From Microthyrium microscopicum (lineage: Eukaryota), in assembly GCA_010405405.1 (NCBI GenBank), contig MU004232.1, forward strand, positions 1,073,481 through 1,137,480: a stretch of 64,000 bases of DNA. The letters run 5' to 3'. The notes beneath the pieces were generated by a model. The model saw only the letters and a program-made list of their open reading frames with translations, did not search any database and was not told where the DNA came from. A program made the position numbers and the translations under genes. Below, one piece after another: positions 44,525-56,086 of the stretch. Each line of letters begins with the position of its first letter. The stretch's first letter is position 1.

Positions 44525-45913
44525 TCAGACCGTTTGCTCAGGAACAGGCTCTTCAATTTCGCCTGGTCCTCTGGGCAAAGTGTTAGCATCGTATTTCGAC
44601 CACTGCCTCCAAACTTCGGGATGTTTCGACTTGTATTCTTCGACGTAAGCATCTAAGATAAAGCTCTCTGGCGAGTTATCATTGTTCTGAATCAATCTCG
44701 AAATTGAAAAGGCCGATAGACAAACCACAGTGGACACAACGTAGATGATGAAATTGGTTCGACTATCGCTTCCCTGCGCGTCAGTATCTAGCTTACGTGT
44801 CCATATGAAGGCAAAGTAAAGCCCAAAGCCGATAATCAATGTGAAAAGGGATGTAGACAAGAGCAATTGAGGCGCTGATATAGTGATGACTGCAGCCACG
44901 CTAGGAGTGAAGCATCGTCTCATTAAAGCCGAGTGTGCGCGTCCGGGATCTTCATATGAATCATCCTCATAATCGGCAGGGTCACCTATGACCTGTCAGT
45001 GCCAGCTTTAAGCAATTGTTGTCAACCGGCCAAGAACAAGGCCGCTACTATGCTCCTGTTCCACGTGCTGTAGAAGACTACAACGTGACATGAGAGTTAT
45101 AATCAGAGCTCGGGCTATCGTGAGGGGATATGACCTGTCATCTTGCTGCAACGTAAAGTGAAATCCTTACCTAGCATTGAATCGCTCCTAACAAAAACTG
45201 CTGTGAGTTGGGTTTGGGGGTTCACCGATAGCATTTTCCCTCGAATCCAGCTTCTGATTTGACTCCCTTTCAACAGTCGCCCAAGAATTCTGTGTTGTGT
45301 GGTGGCGTAATAGACTGCTACAAGTGATGATATCAAGCTAACGAGCAGAAAGGCCCGAGCAGTCCAGTGAGCCTGGCTCAATTTGTCCAGAGAGAGCCCA
45401 GTAATTGCAATCTGGGCTACAATGGCTGACTAGAAAACGTTATTGGAAGGAAAGAGGCAGCAGTAAGTCCAGGTAGGACAATGATCAAGATATTAGCGCA
45501 AGAGCTGAACGTCAAAATTGGTTGTGAATTGGGACTTCGCTGTTGCAAGTAGTACACTAGGGTAGATTTTTGTGACCTATTACCAACTGCTCTTCAAGTT
45601 GCGAGCAGAAAGTATACCAAGAATGGGGATCTTGAAGTATTGACGTTTTGAAAGGAAGATCGATCACACTTACTGCAACAGATAGCATAGTGCATTCTTC
45701 TTGAACTGCCTTCCTATAATCCAATGCATCGTTGTCGTCTAGAGTCCCCAGGATCTCTGCCTGTATCCGCCAAGTAGAGCGACTTCCAAACAGATACAAT
45801 ACAACTCCCGCGGGTCCATATAGATATATAAGGCTGACAGGCGCGAGTACTGCGCCGGCGGCAATCTGTATTACTACTGACGCGACTGACAGCACGCTGA
45901 ATGGGTCTGCCAT
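44525..45913 (-). CDS. Uncharacterised multi-pass membrane protein, multi-exon
   Basis: Hydrophobic ORF segments (MADPFSVLSV..., AHWTARAFLLVSL..., SAPQLLL...GFGLYFAFIW) separated by GT-AG introns. Confidence 0.65.
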
Positions 45914-46382
45914 ATTGCTCTCTGAGCATTCGAAGTTTTGTCTGGCTTGATGAGTGCAAGTAGTCTCGGGCAACGTGAGCTTGTAAGTTTCCTAAGGATA
46001 TAAGCGGACTTTGACCAAGGCGGAGAAACAAAAAGGCGAAGAGCGTACTGGTAGTGGGGGCCAAAAGCCGTATGCATTCGAAAACACAGCAACCTGCAGT
46101 TGGCGTCCAGTGCCTGGGGAGGAAATCCAGCCGATAAACAAACCAGAATCGACAAGGTTGTGAAGTAGTTTCATGACCTGATTCACCAAACATAGAGTAG
46201 ATACTGTCAAAGATGGGTTCTAGAACACTCGTGGCTGTCACTGAGATTGCATAGCACCAAATGCAACCACATTTGAAGGGTTGGGATTGCAGATGTAATG
46301 TCAAAGCTAACACATCTCCCAAGCATGGAGCTCAGAAGTACCCTTTCATGTACTTCTACTTTCGGTACGATGAGCCGGCCCA

Positions 46383-49300
46383 TCATGTGATCAACTTAGT
46401 CGGATCCCAGATATCAACACTCTCACCCACCCAGAACCGACTCTTTCCCTTCCCTCTCTTCGCTTTCTTTCCACCCTCCACCGCCACAGTCTGATTCAAC
46501 CGAATCAACACACGACTCGCGCTCGCCAACGCTCTAACCAGCTCCGGCATATACCCCGTCTTCAGAAACGCGTCCCGTAGCCCCTTATTTTCAGGCTCTG
46601 CGACCACATTCGCCAGCTCGAGGGCCGGCACGAGCACTTCGGCACCAAGATACGAAGCTGCGAAGATACGTGCGCTCAGGTACGCGAGCAGCATGGGCGG
46701 TAGGTAGAGGTGCCGGATTGCGGTGGTGTGATGGGCATTAGCAGGGTCAGGAGAGTGTGTGAGAATTGGGTGCAGAATGGGGTCTATTGAGGTAGTGAGG
46801 TCTTCGAGGAGTTTGGTGAGTTCTTTGCGATGCTCAGGGGTGCTGTAAGGGATTAGTAAATGATAGAGAGAGCATGGAGAGGGAATGGGCTTACAAGTCT
46901 GGGGATTTGATGATCATGTCTTCGAATTCGCGCCAATAGGCGAGTTGTTCGAGGGCGAGGCATAGCTTTTGCATTTCGAAATAAGGGCGAGCGTGGCTGC
47001 GCAACAGGTCGAGTTCGAATTGGTCTTTTTCTGCTAGTGGCGCTTCAGAGAAGGTAGGTTCATCATTCATTTGTCGTGAGCTTGCTCGTGTGGATCGGCG
47101 GAGTTGTTGTTGCTGAGGTTGTTCCATTTGGCGAACCTCCAACTTTGGATCAAAGATATCGACTGCCTTGCCAACGACCTGTGGAGACTTTTTCAATGAA
47201 ACCACCTTGTATGGAAGGTCTTTTACCAGCTGCAGCGCACCGTTGAACATGCCAGAGAGTAAGAAAACACGCATCGCGTAGCTGAGGCCATAAAATGTTT
47301 CCTCCCAGTCCGAGTTAACGTACAAGTACCACTCGACGCTACGAACCATTCGATCCTCCTCGAAACTTAGTTGCCCGGGACCGAACTCGCGTCTTATACG
47401 AAATCCCGGCCAACGAGCATCTTTAGTATCTTCCAGCAAATTATACCGCGGAAGGGGATGCCAGTCTTCATTCAGAAATCCAATCAAACTTGCCGAATAC
47501 AGATATTGCTGGATAACCACGCGAGGAAGATTTACTTTGATGCTTTCGAGGAGTGTGACAAGTCGTTCCTGTTCGCTATAATCTTCAATATCCACCAGGA
47601 TGATAGCGAGGGTACGCTCCCGTGTCTCAACGGAGAGAAGCATGGCATAGATAGGTATGGCCTCAAGCTTTCGTTGCGATCTCAGATAGTCAATGTATGC
47701 AATGATGACATACTCCATGGCTTCAAAGTCGAAAGGAAGAGGAAACGGGTAGCCGACGTACTCGTATATTGCATAAATATGTATCATGATTCGAATGGCA
47801 TCAATATCTTTGGCAAGACACTGGTATCGTTTGTCGTAAGGATAGCTGGGGAGTGGAGGCATTAGTCGGGTGGAAGAATCACCTTGATTTGCTCGCTCAG
47901 CAATGATGAGGCCGACATGGGTGATTAAAATGTGAAAGTCGTTGGCGATAAGACTGGCCTGGATGGCCTTGATGGGATCGGAGGCATCGCCAAGTGCACT
48001 AGGGTGATTGATGATTCTGTAAATGTAGTCGGTTGTGTCTGCCTCTAGATCCTCGGGTGATATCGTGGAAGCTAAGGCTGGAAATTTTTGGGCCACAAGA
48101 TTGTTGAAGCGCTCTGGATACAATTGGTGAAGATAGTCTTCGTATGACCGGAGCAGAAGAGCGTTGTATCGAACGAATAAGAGGTCGTCGAAGGAAGCGC
48201 ACACAGGGTCGACGGATTTGATATCGCCGGCAAGGATGCCATACACTGCTCGCTGATATTGATCCATCCCAATATGCCGCGCAGCAGCTAAGCACATTCG
48301 TCGCCAAAGCATACCTGCTTGAGGACCAGCCAGACCAGATCGAGATTGTTGATCGTCGCAGGCCGCACCAAAAGAGGCAGCACGCCAGCCCTCACCACGT
48401 TCTTCGCACCACTCTTTGATTTCTTGCCAGCGCATACCGCGACGCAGCATGGCAAAGCATGTAAGCCACAGAGCTCGATCCTGAAGGGCATCCGACTTTT
48501 CTAGACTTCGACCCTGTCTAACCACTGCGTCGGGATCCAGTTGAGTGACCAAGGGCTCTGTATTTTCAGATGTTCGAAGTGTGGCTGAATCCAGAGGAGC
48601 GTCAATTCCACGACGACGCTTCTCACCCTTGATGCGCTCACGAGTGTTGAGAAACCCTGATGTCCATGTACCCTGATCAGTGCCAGCGCTTTCAGCGAGT
48701 TCTGCTATGATAGCGTCAATGCTAGAGCTTTCACGACCAGCACATTTTTCGAGCCATTCTAGAACAGCTTTCTTTTCTCGCGCGCTAGTATTCTCCAGGA
48801 GAAATCGTTCCCATAGCTCTGCATCTGGTGTAAACTCGTGCGCGACACCGCGACCGATCAGAAAGCCTTGGATGGAATCATTAACGTCCCCTCCATCCGG
48901 TAATGGTGCGGGCTTGCGAACGTTCAAAAGGCCAGTCAAAAGCTCCCATGTGCTCAATTCTGCTTGGGCTTTTCTCAGCTCTTTCTTGCTTGGTTCCTCC
49001 ATTGTCTCTGTTGCAGTCGTGGCCTCGAAGCCTAAGGAGGAGCGGTGGGATTGGCGGTTTACACCTTTTATTCGACCTCTCCATGATTTGGTCAAGGAAT
49101 TGTTGATATCAGGGTTGCTCTGCTCTGTATTTTGTACGACCTCATCGGCAATATCTTTGAGCCCTTCTAAGAGACCGATAGCCGCCCTGTGTCCTATTAG
49201 CTATTGCACAAATTTAACCGCATACCATTACAAGTTGTAGTAAAATAGATAGCGCATAGCTATCACATTCATTACTGCGAACACGTTCGACAATATTGCT

Positions 49301-49748
49301 ATATTCAAATATCGTAATGAACTTACTTGTAACGGACGAGGTGAAAGTGAGCATGGTCATGAGGATCCTCTTGTAAACCATTGTAAACCTCGACTTCCAT
49401 GGCATCGACGAACTCGGCTGCTCGATCGACTTGATAGCTAGATGAATCTGACATTTCAGGAGGTAATTGTAAGAGGCTCGCGATGCCAAAGACTGAGGTT
49501 CCGAGGGAAGATGGGGATTGGTATCCGTCGAAGGAAGCGTTGTGGGACTAGAGAGGATTGTGAGTGGAGTTCTAAAATTAAAATAGTCAGACTGAATATT
49601 GAGCTCACATTCACTTGTTCCCAGCTGTCCTGGCGCCGGCTAGGAGCCTATATTTTCTTGAGGTTAGCAATGGGAGCTTCGAGCTGGGAGAGTGAAGACC
49701 AACACGCCGGGGTGGACCATAAGTCCGCTGGGGGTGGCCTGTAGCCAT
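46383..49748 (-). CDS. NUP84: Nucleoporin Nup84/Nup107 (5' exons approximate)
   Basis: ELSTWELL, VLEWLE, LVTQLDPDAVVRQ, EGWRAAS, LWRRMC, YQRAVYGILAG; C-terminal exon LRDAFLKTGYMPELV...DIW. Confidence 0.88.
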
Positions 49749-51389
49749 GTTGTTGGGTATTTAAGGTTGTCGCATGCTCTATTTGAATGGCGAAGAGAAG
49801 ACAAATGGAAGAGAAACGCGTAGATGAGGGTGATGTTGGTTGTCGCGAGAAGTTTTGTGGTGGAGTTGAATGTTGTTGGTGCAGAATCAAGCAATTGCAG
49901 TTCAGAAGATGGACAACGAATGGACAGGGATCACTGGTCAAGCAGGGGTGAGGCTGAGCTTGTGCATTTACAGCCTAGTTACATCTAGCGTGCCAAGCCT
50001 CTGCCACTCCCAACATTAAAACTTGCGACTCTGAAAATCTTCTCCTCCTCTTTTTCTTCTCATTGAATAACAGGCAACCATTAGAGTCTCGCTTCAGACT
50101 GATCAGTGTTTGTAGGGTCCTTGTGACTTTTTGCGTGCTCAAGGTTGTCTAAGAGCAAAAACTCCCATCTCGAAATCCTCCTTCTAGCTCCTTGTGGGCT
50201 CTGCGAAATGAGATATCGTCGGGGTGTGACATTTCTGATCCCATCGATACCACTAATATCACGAACCTTGAGCTCTTTGTTGCATCTTCAGTCTATTCAT
50301 TTATCAACTGATGATTACGCCGATATGTATCATGTTCATATACCTAAGCAAAGAAGCTTTGGGGCAGCTGACACTCTTGCCATCATCCCCATGTCGCTTG
50401 TAGAACTCATCACAGCATTCATAGAGAGCGTCAATCTACTGGTTGTCAATAGTAGTAATGCTACGAGGAGCAGTCAACAAACCAGTTTCTGACATTTGTC
50501 CTCGCGATATCCGCTTCTCTGCAGACAAGCTTACAACAATCAGACTCAATATCCCTAGTATATAAAAGCAAACTTACATTGAATTGCACATGCTCGAGGA
50601 TGGCAAGGGGGATCGTGCCTGAGATCTTGCTCTATGTTATTGCCCTTCAAGACGTTAGCTTTGAGCATTCCAGAACTAGTGTATCCAGCAGTGAATACCA
50701 TGCTGATTTGTTGCACTCTTCAGATGCTGTCTGCTCAACTACTGCTGTTCAGATGCTGGCAGAGCTTGAGAGCAAGTTAATGGTACAAAGAAGCTGGATT
50801 TGTCAGACAACTGAGATTCTGAAGCAATTGATGAAGGCAATTCGACGGATTCGAACGTACAAACACCAAGGACAGAAAGAATGAGGACGTTGATGACAGT
50901 ATGAGCAGTAATGAGGAAGTGACGATCAGATGGATGTCTTCCCAAGGGGGCAAGAGCGCAATGCAGCTGATTGGCTGAGTTGCCACTAAGGCGGCCCCAG
51001 TATTTAATGCCCCTCTGCCTCCACGACAAGCACATCTCGCCATCTTCAATCTTGTTCCTCTCCACTTCATCTTCTCTTCGCTACGTAAACCGAGTCTTTC
51101 AGGTAAAACATACATCTCTCGCGATCCGCCTTGTTTATACAATTAACTCATCACAAACACAGATCATCTGCCCTTCGCCATTATCAAGGCAGCTTGAGCC
51201 TGACAACTTTCCACCCCACAAGTTCATCTACCTAATTTCCCTTGTACGTTACCAGTCATGGCTTCTCGAGATTTGCCTATGCATCCAGCCTCCCAAAAGC
51301 CAAAATCGGAGCTAACCGAGACTTCTTCTTCTAGCATCAAACCTCCTCCTCAAACCACCCAAGTCCTTCCACTTAGAACCACAAAGGCA

Positions 51390-51733
51390 ATGTCAGACCA
51401 AGAACAAGGCACACCAGGCCAAAAGGCCGAAGGCTCATCTGAGCATCTCAACATCAAAGTCACCGACAACACCAACGAGGTCTTCTTCAAGATCAAAAAG
51501 ACAACCGAGCTGCGCAAACTCATGGGCGCGTTCTGCGACCGCCAAGGCAAGGCTGTGGGCTCATGTCGCTTCATGTTCGATGGCGACCGCGTACAGCCTG
51601 AGGACACACCAGACCAGGTAGGTAGAGCCAAACGGGCACTGGAGTTTCGATTGCTAATGAATGACTTCAGCTCGGAATGAACGATGGTGATGTGTTGGAG
51701 GTCTACCAGGAACAGATCGGAGGCTGTCGTTGA
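51390..51733 (+). CDS. SMT3: SUMO (Smt3) precursor
   Basis: EHLNIKVTDNTNEVFFKIKKTT...RFMFDG; intron 51618-51670; ends EQIGG-CR-stop. The upstream in-frame ATG at 51258 lies in a probable 5'UTR intron (GTACGT at 51244 to TAG at about 51334). Confidence 0.95.
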
Positions 51734-52481
51734 AAGTCGCCGCGAACTCTTCCACAAAATTTGGCATTCGGGAATCACTAGACACCATATTTGGGTGCCT
51801 TTTTCGGATGGCCATATACTCAACATGTTTTAGGAATTGGGGTCGATCATATTGATCCACCGGTCGACCATCATGAAGAAATGCGAAACCATATGTTCTA
51901 TATCTTGTATTGCGCGTAGTATGTGTTATCTTTCCTTGTCATCCTGGAACAAGTCGCTCCTCAGGCTTCGGGCACCTTCGGGCATCTTTAGGCCTTTTCA
52001 ACTCCTATTACGACTAGAGGATCTCTGGATTTCAAGGAATGAATTGAGTATTGTGGAATATATGATTCCATGTCTAATATTTACATCTCAGCCAAGTGTT
52101 TGTAGCCACTTGATGCAGTCTAAGAACTCCAAAGAACACCAAACCGCTACCCAGAGCCCGTCAAAGTAGTAAAATCATCCCAACACAAAAAACACATATC
52201 TCACTCCATGACATCTAAAAATCTAGGGACATGAAACCCCCCCTTGAAGACAAAGAAACCCCTCTCGCCTCCTCCATGCTTTCCCTTCGTCCCAGAAGGA
52301 AGAAGACTGTAAAAAAAATAAAAACATTACGTTTAAATTAGCCTCGGACACGCCACCGCTTTGGCGTCGGGCTTTTATTAGCTTGTGTTGTATTGCTAAC
52401 AAATATGCTCGCAGAATCGAATAAAAAAACCGTTGGTTTGAAAAAGGCGTTTGTGGATAGAAGGTGTGTATGTGTGTATTT

Positions 52482-54938
52482 TCATATCCAGATAAACGCC
52501 GCAACAAAAATGAAGATGGTAAAGAGTGTCATGACCGTATACTCCATCTCATACCAATTCCGCTTCCTGCCAAACGCCGTCTTCTTACTACTCTCCTTTG
52601 GATGTGCCACCAGCGTCTTTGGATCGCGGTCCAAGAGCTCATCACGTGGAGGCACAGTTGGTGGATCGATGGCGTAGTTTATCGGCACCCAGAATGCACT
52701 GCATACCATGATCCAGCTAACTGGTGGCCAGAACGCGTGCGTCAATAGGCAGCGCAGCCGGTCGTTCCAGTTGTAGTTCTCAAAAGCACATTTTGAGGTG
52801 GAGAGGGTGGCGGCGGAGAGACAGAAGTAGACGTACACGATGTGGTACCAGGCCATGTAGTTGAAGATGATTACGCGGACGCGCGTCCAGACGCCGGCGC
52901 GGAGGACTTTGTCGCGCTCGTTGAGGTCGGAGCCGAGGGAGCCGGTGGGTTTGAATGCTTGGGTTTGGCCGCCGAGCCATTTTGGTAGGATGAATGTGCG
53001 GAGCAGGGTGAGGGCGATGTAGGGCGACATCCAGAAGTGGGCGCGCGTACTGTTTTGCCCGACTGAGTAGCCGGCGGGCAGCGAGATGATGAGTTCGGTG
53101 ATACGGTTGGATAGTAGGGCGGCGAAGCAGAGACGGATGAGCCAGCGCAGCTGGTTGTCGTTTGCGTAGGCGACGAGGGGTTTGCCGGTGGAGAGGACGA
53201 TGGGGAGGGAGAGGAGGGAGACGATGGTGAAGATGTTGAAGACGGCGAGGATGGCGTAGATGAAGCCGGAGAGCCGTTGGAAAAATGTCATGCGGGCGAT
53301 GCCTTCGCCGTATAGGCAGAATTTTAGCTTGATGGCGGTGTCGACGGTGCCGATGGCCCAGCGGGTGCGTTGCTTTAGATGCCCGCCGAAATCTTCGGGG
53401 ACGGTGCCGAATTGCAGAGGTTCGTGGACGAAGGCGGTCTTCCATCCTTTGCCTAGCATGAGGGTTGAGGTGGCTACGTCTTCGGCCAGAGATCCGAGTG
53501 GGAACCAGCCGATTTCTTCGAGTGCTTCGCGGCGGAGTACGTAGCCGGAGCCGGTGCACCAGGCGACGCCGAGAGCATCCTTAATGCCTTCGAGAACGTG
53601 CACGAAAAAGTCGAGAGATTGCGAGAGAGGATCTTCCTTGGGCGTGTTGTAGAAGAGCTGGGGTGGGCAAGCAAGAGCCATGCGTTCTTCAACAAGCATG
53701 TGTGGCATGAGAGCCCGCAGCCAGTGCCGTTCGGGAATCATATCAGCGTCAAGGGCAGCGGCAAACTGTGCGGCGCCGCCGGGCATGTGTCTGACTTCTT
53801 CAAAGCCATAGTTGAGGTTACCAGCTTTGAAGTGATGGGGCTTGCCGGGAATCTTCTCGCGGGAGCGGTAGTACAGGTTCGGCCACATGGTTTCGCGAAG
53901 CTTCTCGCACTCGTCTTCGAGGTCCGTGTCCCGGCCGTCGTCGAGAACGATAACGCGGAAACGGTCCATTGGGTAGTCAATGTCGCAGGCTCCGCGAACG
54001 GTGTCGAGAACGAGGTCGGTGTCTTCTTTGCAGCAGGTCACGAATACGTCGACTGCTGGAACGTCGTTACCAGTCAACCTGAGTTGCGGCCGTTGTCTTG
54101 GCTTGAAGATGAACATGGTCATGAAGAGATGAAGCATGGTGGGAATGGCGACTGTGAGTTCTACAATGACGAAGATCCATGATAACCAGTATATCTTGTG
54201 GTCGAGTCTCTGGGCATTGACAGTGCAGTACATCCGTGCAGCAAAGTAGATCCAGTAGCCAGACATGGAGAAGAAAATCCAAATAGGGGAAGTGTTGAAA
54301 ATCCATCTTTTCCACCTGGGCATGTGGTCTACATCGTCTCGTTTCGCGGTTTGTATGATGGAACCATCTTGTAACCAGTTTCTGGCAAATATGGCAGAGG
54401 AGGATTTGTCCGAGTTTGGATCGATTCCAAGCACTCGTTGAGATTTCTATAACAAGTTAGAATTCTCTCCTGAATGTGATCAATTGACCGGAAAACAATA
54501 ACTTACATTAGGAGAAGGGGTTTGTAATTGTTGCTTGAGTAGATCGAGTTCACTTCCTAACCGGCTGGGAGAGACAGGGGATTGATAGCCGGGTGGAGGA
54601 GATTGAGTCTGATATGGCGAATGTATTAAATTAGTATGTGAATTGTAGCGACTGTCGTGTGCTACGCTGGTGTTTATGCTGTCGGGGTATATTTCGGAAT
54701 TTGTTCTTGAATCGTATTGTCCTGATCGTGACATGCCCGGTCGAGGAAAGTATTGTGAGCCGTATTGTGAACCATACGGAGAATCTTGAGGGTTTCCTTG
54801 AAAACCAAACTCGAAATGCGTGCCTCTGACATTTTCGGGATGGCCATCTCTCGATTGACTTGGCTCTGGAGGTTGGACTGTGACAGCAATGTTTGGATAT
54901 GAAGGCGTTTGGCCTCCATATTGCTGATTGTAACTCAT
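52482..54938 (-). CDS. Processive GT2 glycosyltransferase, cellulose-synthase-like (1 intron)
   Basis: VDVFVT, VLDDG, KAGNLN, DAD, CTGSG, LAED and QRTRW (QxxRW) motifs, with multiple TM helices. Confidence 0.9.
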
Positions 54939-56086
54939 GTTTTGAAGGTGGTACGGGTTTTAGCAAGGCATGAATAGTGGTAGTGATGGGCGAATTAGTC
55001 GAAATAGTAGATAGTTGTAGAATCACAAGAAAGTAAACAAACGAAGGAGAAGTATAAAACGAAAGACTTCCTGAAGCAATTCCGGGGAGGATAAGAGATG
55101 TTCAGGGAAGAAGGTGTATTTTGGGGGTTGGTAGGAGTGAGGATCTCAAGACAATGTACCAAGCGAAGGACAGGCAAAGACAAGCAACAGGCAGAACGGG
55201 GCCAGGATGGGTAATTGAGAGATTATGAGGCAGGCGAGCACTCGGCCATTCAGGTCGCGTGAAACAAGAGTACATGTCTGTAGCGCCACCAAGCCAGCAT
55301 GAGCCTAAAGGATGAGCTTAAAGGAGGCTGGCGACTGATATCGAGCAGGCCAGAAAATCGCCAAATCCATCATGGTGGATCCCCGACCAGTGCACCGCAA
55401 GGGGGACAGGCTCAGCAAGCAAAGAGAACAACATCTTTGAATCCACTGGACATGGATTATCAAAAGGCTTGTTCGGGAGAGGCGTTGACGATTTTACCTT
55501 CATCAAACTTGTTAAAGCGTGCATGTAGACCAACCTACCGTCAGATCCATTAATTCAACAGTTCGCCGTTGATGCAATTTGCTTTCTTTATCGCTCCTGA
55601 GCCAGTGCAGTTTTTACCCGCTGCTACTATTTTTCATTGAATTACTTACTGGATCCTATTTCTGACTCCTATAATCCGGATCCCACAACTTACTAGGCCT
55701 GGCAATATTGGGATTTTATTCTGATTTCTGGATCAAATCAAAAGCGCAGTATTTCCGCAATCCCTGAATTCAGGGGCTGGATTGGGATAGCAACACTAAG
55801 CACTTTAACTCACCTTTCTCCCCAACAACACACCAAACACAACACTACAGAGTGCAGACTGTACACACAGCAACAACACTAAACCACCCACAACTCCACT
55901 GCAAGTACACATAGCCTGCATATCCCCACCACGGCAACCGCAAATCTCTAGAATCTCTCTACCAACGAACTTTCAACAGTTGATCTGTTTGCGCTTTGCA
56001 TTTATCGACGTCGCTTCCATCCGGATTCCGGATTATCTATCGCATCTTTCACCCAGCCTTTTGTTTTATCCCAGTTATTCGTCATC

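Noticed and set aside
50145..51315. Several 100-120 aa ORFs between NUP84 and SUMO
   Set aside because: Mostly non-ATG starts, mutually overlapping, no motifs; treated as intergenic or UTR sequence.
52780..54182. Long alternative-frame and antisense ORFs over the GT2 gene
   Set aside because: Expected by-product of GC-rich codon usage; Arg/Pro-rich with no recognisable motifs.
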